DNA from: Raillietiella orientalis
Taxonomy: Eukaryota
Reading direction: 5' to 3'
Length of the DNA stretch: 64,000 nt
NCBI GenBank assembly: GCA_036172245.1
Contig: JAYWIR010000021.1
Coordinates: 1,426,001 to 1,490,000, forward strand
Within the stretch, counting starts at the first letter, position 1; every line of letters begins with the position of its first letter. The notes beneath the pieces were generated by a model that did not search any database, was not told where the DNA came from, and saw only the letters and a program-made list of their open reading frames with translations. Below, piece after piece: positions 24,001-36,759 of the stretch. The position numbers and the translations under genes were made by a program.

Positions 24001-24025
24001 CTTGACAGACGCGTTTAATTAGGAG
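24001..24025. repeat. Exact 25-bp motif CTTGACAGACGCGTTTAATTAGGAG (copy 1)
   Basis: Identical to 27423-27447; the flanks are unrelated. Confidence 0.9.
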
Positions 24026-26255
24026 CTCCTCGGGACTTCATTTTGTAATGAGCGGGTAGGGGGGAGCCAGCGGCGTTCCGCCGGTGGCGCGGCAGAAGGG
24101 CGGGGAGCGCCAGGTCGCGCGGGAGGACGAGGGCGTCCGCCCGCTTTTCCTACCCCCGGTCGGTTTCGCCTTTCGCCGGTCACGCGCTTCCTCGGGGCGT
24201 CTCGAGGCGGCAGCACTGCCGCCTCGTTCCGTTTCGAGAGAGAAAACGCCTCCCATTGGCGCTCCTCCTCCAGCAGACGTTCGATCGCAGCGCTCTCGGT
24301 AGCGGAGCGGAGGAGGGCGCCGGCTCGACACCCCTCGCTTCCCGGGGAGGAGAGGAGTGGGAGATCGCTTTCCCGCCCCCGAAACGCGACCGACCTTGAA
24401 ACTGGAAGCGGACGTTGCGACCCCATTAAGCAGCCGCTGGTCCCCGAACCACGCCTGCCACCGCGTCGCTCTAGCCATACGGATCGTGGCGGGACGTCAT
24501 GGGTGGCGTCCACTTATACGCGAGGAAACCAGGACAAGCGCAGACCGGGATGCGAGGCGACCACAGGTGGCCGCTTTCCTCGAGCGACGAATCCTCTGAT
24601 TCCTGGTCGCCCGGGGGAAGGGAGTGCCCGGGAAGGGTATCTCCGCGGCCCACTGGTGGTAGTCCGCCCTTCAGGCTGCGCGGGGAGGGGGATCCTTCCT
24701 TGCCGGAGAAGAAGCGGGCAGAAGGGATCCGAGCAGAGTCGCTGGGATTCGTTCCTCTCGGGCTGCCCCTGCGCGAGGGGAGCCGAGCTTTGTGGACGTC
24801 TGCGAGATCTCAAAGGCAGCGGCTCTTCTGCGGCGCGGAAGCTCCCCTCCGGGAGGGTCAGCACTCGTCCCTCGAGAAACAGAGGGTCCTCCGCGGGTCC
24901 GCCGCCGCGCGTGTCGCGTCCATAGCCGAGCACCTCAGGCCACCGGAAGCGCGGCGCAAGAACGCGCCCCCGCGCGTGCAACGCGTCTTTTAGCGGGCCG
25001 ATTTCTCCGTGCCGCCGGAAACGCGGCGGCGCGCCCGAGAGCGGCGGGATGTTCGCCAAGAGTGGGAGGGGGGATCGGCTGGAACGGAGGTCCCGGGATC
25101 TCTCCGAGCTTCCGGACATCCCGCCCTCTCTCCGGGAGGTCCGCCGAGGTCCCAGGAATCGCCCGCTTCTTTTGGACGCCTCCGCGACAGGGAAGGGGGA
25201 GGAGGGAACGCCAGTGCCGCCCCAAAGGGAGGAGCGCCCCCCTCCGGAGGTCGTCCACTTCTTTGGGGACAAGTCCAAAGGGACGCTCCCGAAGGCGTCT
25301 CTCATTCCGTCTTCGGGAAGTTCCCGCTCCTCGAGGGCTTCGCTCCTCCCACGCCCGCGGCAGGTAGCATCACGCCATTCCTTCGTCGGGGGTCTGGGAG
25401 GTCCAGATCGGTCCGGAATGCGCAACGGATGTTGGAGGCAACCTTCGGATGCATTGCTTCGCCTGATCGCGGCCGCAGGGTCTGTCCGTTCTGGCTGGAG
25501 CTTTCCCCCTGTTTTCCCCTCTCCCGGCCCTGGACTCAGGCTGGTGGGAGTTTCATCTAATTTTCATCCCGGTCTGGCGACTGAGGCGGTCAGGGAGCGC
25601 TCGGGGGTCCAGGAGACGTCCAGGATGACCAACGTCTCTCGCCCCTTGGTTCCCGGGGCCGGGAGGGGAGGGGAGGCCGCCCCGGGAACCTCTCCCCCGC
25701 CGCCTTCTGACCGCCGTCGCCGAAAGGCGAAGTGGTGCGACGTGCCGAGGACACGAGCACCGCAGGCAGTGACAGGGGGCAGTGCCTCTCAGATCCCGTG
25801 GCTTCTGACGCTCTCGGGATGCAGCTTCCCGGACCGGGAGGACGCTGAGCCGGGACGCCGCGCCGAACCGGTGTCTGAAAATGGGGCGGGATCTCCCCCT
25901 CTTCCGGAAGAGGGGAAGGTGGGTAGAGTTCTCGCGCACCATCCCACGCCTTTCTCAGGTCCTCCTCCCGATCCTGGCACCAGACCGAGGGCAGCGGCCC
26001 TCAGATTCCTCTTGGTGCGGTCTCTATCTGCTGCCGAAGGAAAGGTGGCGGTGGTTCGGGGGATTTGGGAGTGGTCCAGCAGTCGCACGAGGGGTGGGGG
26101 TGACCTGGGATGATTTGAAGGAGTGGAGAACATCCGCCTATGGAGCAGCTCCACATTTCGGCCCCTTTTAGGCACTCCCGGATGGCGGACGCGGGTGCGT
26201 GAGGAGTCGCGCAAAGGACCGCTCTCTTGTGGGTGCCCCCCCCGGCCCCGAGGAT

Positions 26256-27272
26256 GGTCGGCCGAGAGTTCTTGCGAGCATCACTGGTGCTCCCGACCCG
26301 CGAACCCTCTGACCCCCGGGGATGGGGCCCGCGCGCGCGAACCGCGTCCCTCTCTCCCAGCGATTCCAGGCACGCCTCGCCGACGCCAGCTGGCGTCGAA
26401 CCCCGGCTGATGACTCCCGGCAGAGGGAAGAGGGTCCGGAGGTCCCGCGTCGGGAAGAGTGGGGAAGAGAAGGGAGAGTCCCTGTCTTTGCGCTGGCGAA
26501 AGACAGGGACGAGGTGCCCCTGGGTGAAGGGGCAAGAAGCGCGCAGGGGCGAACGACGGGGCGTCGTTCGAAAATGGCCGCCCTTGACCGACAAACAAAC
26601 GAGACGGCGAGAGAGAGAGTGAGGGGGGGGGGGGAGGGGAACGGTGCTTCGGAGGGAAGGAGGGGCGGCAGGGAATCCCCCACGGGTGACCTCATGAGTC
26701 CTTGAGCTTCCAGCAGCCGCTGTTTATCTATCCTGGGGGCGCTACCCGGGAACTCGTGGCGTCTGCTTCGTCTCACCGCGGGGCATCTCCGCGACCCTCC
26801 CCCTCGCTCCTCTTACCGCCTTCCCGACAGACGCTCCGGGTCACGCTGACCCTAGGAATTTTCTCCCTTTCTCCCCCCACCCCGGGGCCCTCGCGGGAGA
26901 GAGCAAAGGGAGGGACGGGAGCTGCTGAACCTTCCCTTCCCCCGCGCCTCCGGCCCTCGAGAGGTGCTCTCCGTCTCAGAAGAGCCGCAGGCGCCGCGAC
27001 CCGTCGACAGCCGGGAGGAGGGTCAACCGGAGACGCCCGGGACGGGGTGCGCAGGAAGGGACAAGAGAGGGCGTCGCGCGTGACCTGGCGCTACCGGAGG
27101 ACAAGAGATGGCGGAGTCAGAGGGCCAAGGGCTCTCCGCAGCGGCCCGCCCCCTGCCCGTCCTTCGGAGCTAGGCTGCCCTTTCCTTCCCGTCTCCTCCG
27201 CTGCAGAAGCCAAAGGTGGCGGTGGCAACCCTTAGAGACCTTCTGGGAGAGGAGTGACGATCCCCTGCCGCA
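26256..27272 (+). repeat. ~1.02 kb direct repeat, copy A
   Basis: Near-identical (roughly 97% by eye) to 34393-35406, with matching ORF translations in the track. Contains an 18-bp perfect palindrome CGACGCCAGCTGGCGTCG (26381-26398). Confidence 0.95.
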
Positions 27273-27422
27273 TCACGGGAGGGATAGGAGGAGCACAGGT
27301 TCACTCAGGAGCCAGGGAATGAGCGGTGGGTTCTTCTGCTCTCCCCCCCCCTCCGCCTCGGCCCATGCCGCGTTTGCCTCGCGGGCAGGGACAGAGACTG
27401 GAGGGTTGTGTGCGGCTCTACC

Positions 27423-27447
27423 CTTGACAGACGCGTTTAATTAGGAG
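27423..27447. repeat. Exact 25-bp motif (copy 2)
   Basis: Identical to 24001-24025. Confidence 0.9.
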
Positions 27448-29492
27448 ACCTGCCTAGACCATGCCTAGTGTGGCGCAGCCACCGCCAGAAAAGCCGAACG
27501 AATGGCTCAGGACTTCTCAGGGGATGCTCTCATCCGCCCTTCCCAGTAGGTCCTCGGGGAGGGACGTAGAGTAGTGACACCTCGTCGGCTAAGCTCTGTC
27601 GGGGCCATCGAGAGGGCTCCTCAACTTCCGTCTTCTACGAAAAGGAGGGCTCTCAGCTACTCGATCAGCCCTGCAGGCGAGTGAGCGAGGGGAGCCGTGT
27701 GACCTCTCCGACTCCATGCTCCTGCTCCGGACCCGCGTGCGGCTGGACGCGCCCCAGCTGGGCGCGGTTCCACCTGTCGTGTCGCCGTGGGGAACCGCCA
27801 GTGGTTCGAGGCCCTCAGTCCAGCAGACCGGCGTCACCGGGAGAGAGGCATCAGGTGGCGTGAGGATCGAGGGCGAGATTGGCAGGAGTGGCGGCGCCTT
27901 CCCTCAACCCCTTCCCCTCATTTCGATCTCTGGTGACCTGGCTGGGAGGAACCCTTTCCGACCGGCTGGTAGGGCTCAGAGGTCTCAGTTCTGGGCACAC
28001 GGAATGAGATCCGTCTCAGAGTGGGGGATGGGGTGGGAGATGGGGACGCACTGGAAGGATTGGAATAGGGGGTGGGTATATTGCGAAGGCGGGAGGGGAG
28101 GGGACTTGAGATCCCCTGCCTGATGTGGAATGGTCGAGAATTGGTGGGGGTCAAGAGACTTCCCCAGGTCATCCTGGGTCCCTTCGCGATGCCGCACGCC
28201 GTTCCGGCACTGGACGTGGGTAGGTTGGGGCAGGACTGAAAGCGGGGCAGTCAGGAGAGAGCAGCAGCAAGGAAGGGGTTGCACGGGACGTGGTGCCCCC
28301 CGGCCACTCCTCCTGGGGAGCTGTGGGCACCGAGAGGGGAGGGCAGAATTTCATGCGGACGTAAGCCCTCGCTACTCAGGGGAGGGCGCTCCGCCCCTCC
28401 GGACAGGTGGCACTGCTGACGGCAGAGTCGGCGAACTCCCCGGAGACCTGCGGCCACTCGCTGCCCTCCACGGGGGCCTGTCCTTGGACCGCGCCTCCAC
28501 GGAGCTTTTTACCTCCCGTCTACATGGTGGAGGCGTGGCGGAGAAAGAAGGAAAGCAAAGATCCCTCTCAGGGAAGGAGAAAGGAGAGGACAGCATCCCA
28601 CGCGCAGCATTCACATCCGCTCGGCCAAGACGATCCAGAGAAGGCCGTTCGGTCCTCCCCCCCTTCGTGCAGCGGGTGGTGCGCCTCTTCCTCCCCCTCT
28701 CTCCCTAGTTTCCGTAGTCCCGCTCGCGGTCTCCTCCGGTCTCTGCCCGGGGGAAGACGCATCGGTGGCGCCCTTCCGGCGGTCCGGGAACTGGCAGCCC
28801 CGAGACGGATCCGCAGCGAAGGCCCATTCAAGATGCGAGGGGGGAATCCTTCTCCTTCCACCCGTGCACTCCCCGGAATTCGCAGCTGCCTCCCTTCCTC
28901 TGCCAACTGACCGGCCGACAAGGGGATCTGCGAAGGGTCCTCGTGCCTGCCCTCGAGAGCGCAACCCTTGCCCTCCCACGCAGGACGCGGCTCGTTCCGA
29001 CGCCGCGGCGAATACCCTTCCTCCCGCTGGCGACCCCCGTGCCTGCTGGCGCGCGCGCCCGCTCTGCCCCTCCTCCCGCCGTAAATCACCCGCCCCGCAG
29101 AGAGGCGACGGACCGGACGAGCTACCAGCCCTGAGCGTTCGGCGCGCGCCCGCGCGCGCCTTCCGGGGAGGGAAAGGAGAGAAGGGAGGGAGCGAGCGGT
29201 TTCCATTAGCAGCCCCGTCCCCAGAGTTGCCGCTGGGAAGGGCCCTCCCGCGAGCGCAGGGAGTCCGCGAGCCCTTCTTCCTCCCGCCGGAAGAAATTCA
29301 TCTCTCCGCGCGTCCCTGGACCACCGCTCTCTTCCGTCCGAGGCGCACCCTTCGTCGCCGCGAGTGGTCGCGGAGGCGGGGAGGCAGCGGCAGCACCCCC
29401 CCCTTCCCCCCGCGTGGGAGCCGGAGGAACGGATCGAGGCCGCGCCTCCCGGATCGCCTCGCTCCGCCGCCTCCCGCGGGATCCGCCTGGGA

Positions 29493-29738
29493 TGCGCGTG
29501 CGCTCCGCGCAGCACTCACACTCACACAAAGTGTTTCTTTGTAACTTTTGCCCGCCTCACCGAGTTCGCTCGCGGGCAGGAGAGGCGCCAAGATGGCGGC
29601 GGCGAAAGCGCCGAATACCTGTCAGCGTCCGCCATTCTTGAGCGAAACAACGGCCTCCCTTTGGCAACAATGGCACCTCAACAGTGAATTCCCGAATTGT
29701 TGGATGTGAGCGGATTGGGAGGGCGGTGCCCGGAAGTG
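29493..29738. promoter_or_regulatory. CpG-island-promoter-like motif cluster (NRF1, YY1 x2, CCAAT, GC box, ETS)
   Basis: TGCGCGTGCGCT 29493, CAAGATGGCGGC 29589, inverted CCGCCATTCTTG 29629, ATTGG 29714, GGGCGG 29721, CCGGAAGTG 29730. Motif matches only. Confidence 0.35.
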
Positions 29739-30359
29739 AGGCTCAGCTGCTCTTCACGGACGGGTTCGTGCGAGCGGCGAGGGAACGTTCCGCAGGGGAA
29801 AGTCCGTCGCCCGGGGAAACCACCTCATCCCGCGAACGCGTCCCGGCGGTCCCCGGGCCCTCCTTCCCATCCCCGCAGAGTGCCTCGGCGTGAGCGGGAT
29901 AGGGGCTGACCGCGACAATCGTCGTCTTCTTTCGGAGATTTTCCTGCATTCTCTGTCTGCTTCGCTTCCAGGCTGCGGCGGCAGTCGTCCAGTCGACGTC
30001 AGCTCCTCGCTCGGTGGCGCTCCAGCTCGTGGATCCTCCACTGCCCCCGCATGCCCCAATCCTCTCTCTCGCCAGCGCGCCTCGGCACCAGTCTCGCTCC
30101 TGCCGCAGACCGAGCGGCAAATGGCCGACGGAAGCAACGGAAGCTGCGCTTGGCGCTCCTCCGGGAAGGCCGGAACAGGTCCAGCCTGGAAGCAGGTAAG
30201 CAGCACAAGATCTGGAGAGTCCCCGAGGTCGGACGCGCAGTCGCCACCGAGCTGTGCGCGCGCTCTGCCTCCAGGGGAGGGAGGGAAGGGGGAAGGCGTT
30301 CTTTCTTTGCTGGGGCTTTTGATGCAACGGGCACCAATACGCCCCGCTCCCGGGGAAAT

Positions 30360-31274
30360 CGTGGCCCCGCGCTGCTCCCGATGCTGGGCGATCGGATCTG
30401 CCCTGGTTCCATGCCTGTTCCTGGATAGGGACTCCCTCCCTGAACTCAGGTGGACGCTGTGGCGGCACTCGGAGGACCCCGCCAGAGACCTGCCGCGGGG
30501 GGGTGGTGCTTCGCGCGCGGAGCCACCGTCGCGACGTCGGGCTGCGGGGCGGCGTGCCCTCCACTGGGGCGTCGGCACGCTTGGCAATCACCCTCATCGG
30601 GACTGCAGCAAGGCGGCTTCACTTGCGAGTAGGGGTCGCCATTGGCACTCTGGTGGAACCTGCAGAGAAGGAGGGTCCTCAACCAAAGATCCCCCATCCT
30701 TCCCTTCGTTATCCTTCTCTTATTTCTTCTCTTATTTACGGCCCCTTTCTCCCTGTCCGGACTTCCTACGCTGCAGACCCATGAGAAGGAGATCCCTCTT
30801 TCGCCAATTTGGGTTTCTCTCCTGCGGGAACTCTCTGCTCCCGACGGGACGCCCGGAGTATGCCACCTGCAGCACCGGGTGGCGCCAGCTGCGGGCGTGG
30901 CCAACCCCAGCGGCTGGATGAAGAGGAGGCTGGCGGGCATCCACACTGGGAGGAGCGCGGCTTATCCGAGCTCGAGGGCGCCATCCGGGAGCGGGAGAGG
31001 GGCCACCAGCAGCCGTGACCACCGCGTGCACCCTCGGGAACCTGCGGGGGCCGAGGACCAGCAGGTGGACGTGGGCGAATTCCTCGACGCCCACGACAAC
31101 ACAATCCTCTGGCAGCGGCAGGAGGCGGGCGATCTGAAGGCGGAGCTCCTGGACGCGGCCCGGGAGAGCAATGTGGTCAGCAAGGCCCTGGAGAGCGTCC
31201 CTGTGAGCTCTCGCGGCCCGCACGGATACGAGCTGGCTGCCTCCCCGCTCCATGCGGCTGCAGGCCACGTCTAA
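30360..31274 (+). pseudogene. Frameshifted TRIM-like (RING / B-box / coiled-coil) pseudogene
   Basis: Broken motifs in TRIM order: PALLP-C-GDRICP--CL and PETCR (RING-like, ~30365-30500); C-THEKE...SC..LC...HLQHRVAP (B-box-like, ~30772-30890); then QRLDEEEA...LSELEGAIRERE and DQQVDVGEFLDAHDNTILWQRQEAGDLKAELLDAARE, with strong C/G third-position bias. Confidence 0.4.
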
Positions 31275-31819
31275 GCAGGCGACCTCTTCCCACCCAGGAA
31301 GCGCGCGCCCATGACAACCTCTCCTGGCGCCTCTCCGAGACGCAGCACCAGCTGGCGGAGCCGACGAGCCACTGCGACGCCCGCCTGGACCTCGCACCGC
31401 GAGAGTCCTGGTCTCGCGGAAGGGCGCTGGTCCACAGGGACGTTTCGGGAACGAGGTTTCCCCTTCTCTGTGGAGGAAACTCGTCCTGCTGTGCGCCGGG
31501 AAGAGCCGCAGCCTCCGTTTTCTTCCGGGGAGTAGCTGTTCCCACGCGAGAAGCTTGCGCAAAAATCCGGAGCGGAATCGGAACGAGCGGAGTGAAGTGA
31601 CGTCAAGCTGCGTCCACTAGTCAGGGATCCCGCAGGGCGATTTCCACCCCTTGAGAGCAGGCATCGAAAGGCCAGGCAGGTGGGTCTCTGTCCTGGTTTC
31701 AGCAGGAGGACGAACCACAGATGAAAGAAGGGCGGGCTCCTGGAGGAGAGATTCGAGGGACAGAAAAACCCGGAGACATCGGCGAAAGACCTATGTCTGG
31801 AGAAAAGGCCGGTCTCGGA

Positions 31820-31986
31820 GGATGGACCCTTCGGAGGGATCCGTGGGGGATTTCTACGAGAGGATTCGAAGGTGGCAGCAGACCCAGGAGAAAGCGAAGG
31901 ATGCTGTTCTTTCAGGACTTTCGCTAGACCCAAGATCATTCCAGTTCGCCCAGGAGTGCGCGAAGACAGGAAGGAACTTGGCATAG
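31820..31986 (+). mobile_element. Possible retrotransposon gag fragment
   Basis: SVGDFYERIRRW...KDAVLSGL resembles gag ESVxDFxxRL...FxxGL; short and isolated. Confidence 0.25.
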
Positions 31987-34392
31987 AGGTGGCGACCTCC
32001 GTTAGTGGAGCTGCAAGCGACCACCATGCGGTGGCATGGAGTGCGCTCTACCCATTCTACAGCCTTGCTTGCATCTTCCGCAGCGGTCCAAGTGACACAG
32101 AAAGACCGTGACCCTCCAATAGATCGGATCGACTCCGGGTCGCCTCCGCGCAGGAACTCTGGTTCCTTCCCGGAAGGGTGGTGGAGAGGCAGGGATTTTC
32201 CGTTCTCAAGGGAAACCGCACTCCGTCTTGGTTGACGAGAGAGAGGAAGCCATCGAGGTGCCATTGCTCGTTGTCATGGATACAGCTGCCGAGTCACCAC
32301 TCCCGTGGCGTGATGCGTGCGGGAGTGGGCCCTTCTGACCGTGCCGATGGGCCACCGGGAAGAACACGAAGGGCATCCTGTCTGAAGCCTCTGCCACCGC
32401 AACGATCCTGGAGACGGAGGCGAAGGTTTGGGGTGGGGAGAGGGGGCGAGGCTGACGCTTCCGGGTCGGAGCACGCTGAAGCGCGGCGGAATGGACGAGG
32501 GCGCGTGGCAACGGAGATGGAGTGGGGCACTCGGCGACCCACTGCAGAGGGATGCTGGATGGATCGATGGTGATGGAAACCCCCTGATTTCCATCGCAAG
32601 GGGGCCGTCAGGCTGATCGAAAGACTCTTTGCATCTCTATTGATATCCTTCCCCTAGCTGTGTCGAGGTGGTGACCTCGTGAAAGGTGGACCGATCCTTG
32701 TGTCCCTCGGAGGCACCTGCCTCGCCATGTAATCTCAGAGCAGTTCCCTGGGGAGGGGAGGGGGTGGAGAAGCGTTCATTCCTTGCCCTCGAGGAGCGGC
32801 AGCGGCAGCAGCTCCTTGCAGGTGACCATCCGGGAGTCCTGCCCAAAGGAGGCTCATTGCCTTCCTGCATAAAATTCCCCGCTGCCCACTGACCTCTCGT
32901 TTTCCGTTCGCGCGCTGCAGGGCTGCCCCTCGAACTCCGGTGAAGATCTCTCCTGATTCTCCCCCGCAAGCTCTCCAGGGCACACGCGACTTCCCGCCAA
33001 CCGAAATCTCCGCAACCTCTGACGAGGCTCCCGGTGTCCCGCCCTACGCAGGAGCTATGAGTCTCGCCAAAGCTTCGGTCACCGAAGTTGGGACCAGTCT
33101 GCTGTGGAGGCTGCAGTCGGTGCGCAAACGCGGTCCATGGACACGTCCTTGGGCTGATCGAAACATACGAAGGAACGTCCGAGCCCTGAGGCAGGGCTTC
33201 CGCAGCCGGGAACACCCAGCTCGTATGGGGAGTCCCCGACCCGTCTCCACCTCCTGAGAAGGGTCCCGGGGCGCAATCTCGGTGGACCGCTGATGGCCTG
33301 CCCTGTGAAAGAAGGGGCAGAAACCAGCTGACCTTTCGCGCCAGATCACTTGGACGGCGAGGGGTAGCTGCCAGACCCGGACGTCGGCGCCATCTTCAGA
33401 AGGGGTTGCGCGCGACCGTGCGGCTGCGCGGAGCCGGCCGCCGGGAGTACACAGTGCGAAAGCGCCGGTGGCGACGCAGCTCCGACAGCCGGCGGACAGC
33501 TCGTTCGCATGCTGACTCGAAGAGCAGCTCTGGCCGCGCCCCGAGGTCAGGAGAAGCCCCTCCTCGTTCCTGCGACCCGCTGCTCTGCTAGAGGTCCGCG
33601 TGTCACTGCGCCTTCCGAGGCGGTCTCCTGCCAGCGGGGGCACGCCTTGCCCCGCGGTGACTCCCGTCGAAGGGGAGGGACGACCTCGCCTGTTGCGCGA
33701 GGGGTCGAGGGTGGCGCTGGACAGGAGGGCCAGAGGGAAGACCCTGGGCTCGTCCGGTGTGGCGAGGACCGCCGCAGAGCCGCGGGTCCCCTCCTCGCCG
33801 CCGTTGCTCAGCAACGAGGAGCAGCCGCCGGCCGAGCGGTTGTGGGGCGTGGCGGCGTCGATTCGGATGTCGCAGGCGCTTCACGGAGGGAAGGGGTGGG
33901 GGACACAGTGGGGCGGGCGCGTGTAGGGAGGAGGACGGTGACGGACCATGCACCCAGAAGAGCTTGCTGTCTGAGCTCATCCGCTCGCTCCCTCTTCTGG
34001 GCGAGTCCTTTCCTCTGGGCGGCCCTTGAATAGGAGGATTAGAAGGAGATTCCCCACTACCGCAGACCCTTGGATCAGCTTCACCCTTTTCCCAGTAGAC
34101 TGCCTTTTCCCAGAGAAGTTGCATCGTTCGGAGGAGAAAGAGGCAAGCGAGGAGTCCGGCTGCGGAAGGGGACCCGGAGCAGGGAATTTCGAGAGAGTCA
34201 GCACCAGCAGCAAGAGGGGGGAACCGGGCGTGCTTCTCCCTTCGCGACGCTCCTTCGACGGACGCGCGTGCGGATCCCAGAGCAGAGTCGGCAGGACTCT
34301 CCGCGCCCCGGCAGTTCTACTCTTCCCGAGGGAGAATGGAGGGACGGGAGGGGGAATACCAGCGCCTCGGAGGGTCTTTGCGCTTCCACTCC

Positions 34393-35406
34393 GGTCGGCC
34401 GAGAGTCGTTGCGATCATCACTGGTGCTCCCGACCCGCGAACCCTCTGGCCTCCGGGGATGGGGCCCGCGCGCGCGAACCGCGTCCCTCTCTCCCAGCGA
34501 TTCCAGGCACGCCTCGCCGACGCCAGCTGGCGTCGAACCCCGGCTGATGACTCCCGGCAGAGGGAAGAGGGTCCGGAGGTCCCGCGTCGGGAAGAGTGGG
34601 GAAGAGAAGGGAGAGTCCCTGTCTTTGCGCTGGCGAAAGACAGGGACGAGGTGCCCCTGGGTGAAGGGGCAAGAAGCGCGCAGGGGCGAACGACGGGGCG
34701 TCGTTCGAAAATGGCCGCCCTTGACCGACAAACAAACGAGACGGCGAGAGAGAGAGAGAGAGGGGGGGGAGGGGAACGGTGCTTCGGAGGGAAGGAGGGG
34801 CGGCAGGGAATCCCCCACGGGTGACCTCATCAGTTCTTGAGCTTCCAGCAGCCACTGTTTATTTATCCTGAGGGCGCTACCCGGTAACTCGTGGCGTCTG
34901 CTTCGTCTCATCGCGGGGCATCTCCGCGACCCTCCTCCTCGCTCCTCTTACCGCCTTCCCGACGGACTCTCGGGTCACGCTGACCCTAGGAATTTTCTCC
35001 CTTTCTCCCCCCACCCCGGGGCCCTCGCGGGAGAGAGCAAAGGGAGGGACGGGAGCTGCTGAACCTTCCCTTCCCCCGCGCCTCCGGCCCTCGAGAGGTG
35101 CTCTCCGTCTCAGAAGAGCCGCAGGCGCCGCGACCCGTCGACAGCCGGGAGGAGGGTCAACCGGAGACGCCCGGGACGGGGTGCGCAGGAAGGGACAAGA
35201 GAGGGCGTCGCGCGTGACCTGGCGCTACCGGAGGACAAGAGATGGCGGAGTCAGAGGGCCAAGGGCTCTCCGCAGCGGCCCGCCCCCTGCCCGTCCTTCG
35301 GAGCGAGGCTGCTCTTTCCTTCCCGTCTCCTCCGCTACAGAAGCCAAGGGTGGCGGTGGCAACCCTTAGAGAGCCTTCTGGGAGAGGAGTGACGACCCCT
35401 GCCGCA
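34393..35406 (+). repeat. ~1.01 kb direct repeat, copy B
   Basis: Near-identical to 26256-27272; same palindrome at 34518-34535. Confidence 0.95.
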
Positions 35407-36759
35407 CCTTCCCACGTCTTCCCTTCCTCTGCGTAGAGCCGGTGTCGGCAGCGCGAGACATGTGCAGGGACGGGCGGGCGAAGCCTCCCGTTGTCACTGG
35501 AGACTTCTGGCGATCCTGCCCCCTCGTCGAACGCGGATGGCTCGCACCCTCCCTCCGAGCTAGGGACGCGCAGCCCTTAAGGGCGGGAGGGGAGCGAGTT
35601 CGTCCTCCACTTCTTTCTTTCCCTTCGGGCCGCTGCTGCAACGCAGGTCGGCCGGAGAGGTTTCCTTCTGCGAGAGGAAGGTAGGAAAAGCCCTCGGGAG
35701 CTTCGCTCGCCTATGCCAGCGTGGCAGCGCTTTCGGGGTTTCCTCGCCCCGACCTGAGTGCGTGACGTTCTTGGAGGCCGGGAAGCTTCCCTAGGACCGG
35801 GGCAGGGAAGGGCATGGGGGGGGAGGGGAAGACGGAGTAGGGGAGGACATTCAAGTGGATCGGAAGATCCTCGCGGACGTCGGAGGGAGGAGGTCTGCGA
35901 TGAGTGTTTCTTGCCTAGTGCCCTTTGTCTGCGGATCACGCAGGAGCGGGTGGTTTTTCCTGAGGGCATGAGTCAGGCCGGACTGAGGGTTCCTAGTGAG
36001 AAAGTTTCCGAGCTCCCGCCCCTGGAGCTTCCGTGTGAGACACAGAGGGTAGGAAAATTTCCTCCCCCTTCCCCCTCCGGAGGCAAAGGGGCTTGAATCG
36101 GGTAGAGCTGGCCCGAGCCGAGGACTTCCGGAGCTCGGCCCACGCTGCCTCCGAGGGATCAACGCGCGGTGTCGGGCTGATCCTACGGTCTTTCTCGCTT
36201 TTTCCTTCCACCCCTACGCGCTTCTGCGCCCGCGCTGTCCGGTTTTCGAACGAATGACCCCATGGGCGGAGGGACGTCGAAAGTCTGTGGTTCTGCGATA
36301 ATCTCGGCATCCTCCGGTGGCGTAGAGGTTTCCTCCTCCACCCTTCCCCCTTCCCCGCTGCTTTCCCAGCCTTTTGAGACCCATCGAGGCAGGGGACCAA
36401 AGCAACAAAAAAATGGCGCTGCGTCGGTAGCGGCGGTGATCGTCGCAGGCGGGGGGATCACATTAGAGCTGCTTCCCCCTCCTCCCTCTTTCGTGGACAA
36501 CAGCAGCACCAGGAGGAGGGCCGTCGGTGCACGTCGAGAGGGCAGCGAGGATCCCTCGGGTCGGAAAATGCGGGCGTATCGGGTGGTGGTGACGCAGAGC
36601 GTCGTTTCCAGGTTTACAGACACCAGGAGACTCGCGTCGCAGCCCGGAGGGCGCACTTCTCGACGGGCTCCAGGTGGGTGGAGGAGGGGAAGGGTGTCCG
36701 CGGCGACTTCCTCGGTTGCAGGACTGCCACCAATGCCTCGTCTCTCGAGAGGGACGCAC

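Noticed and set aside
26408..26435. Hammerhead-like CTGATGA core in the direct repeat (also CTGAAGA at ~16814 and ~22538)
   Set aside because: No correctly placed GAAA or closing stems.
26255..35406. Intact LTR retrotransposon bounded by the 1-kb direct repeats
   Set aside because: No TSD, PBS, PPT or intact gag-pol; copy B starts CG; the interior is much older than the repeats.
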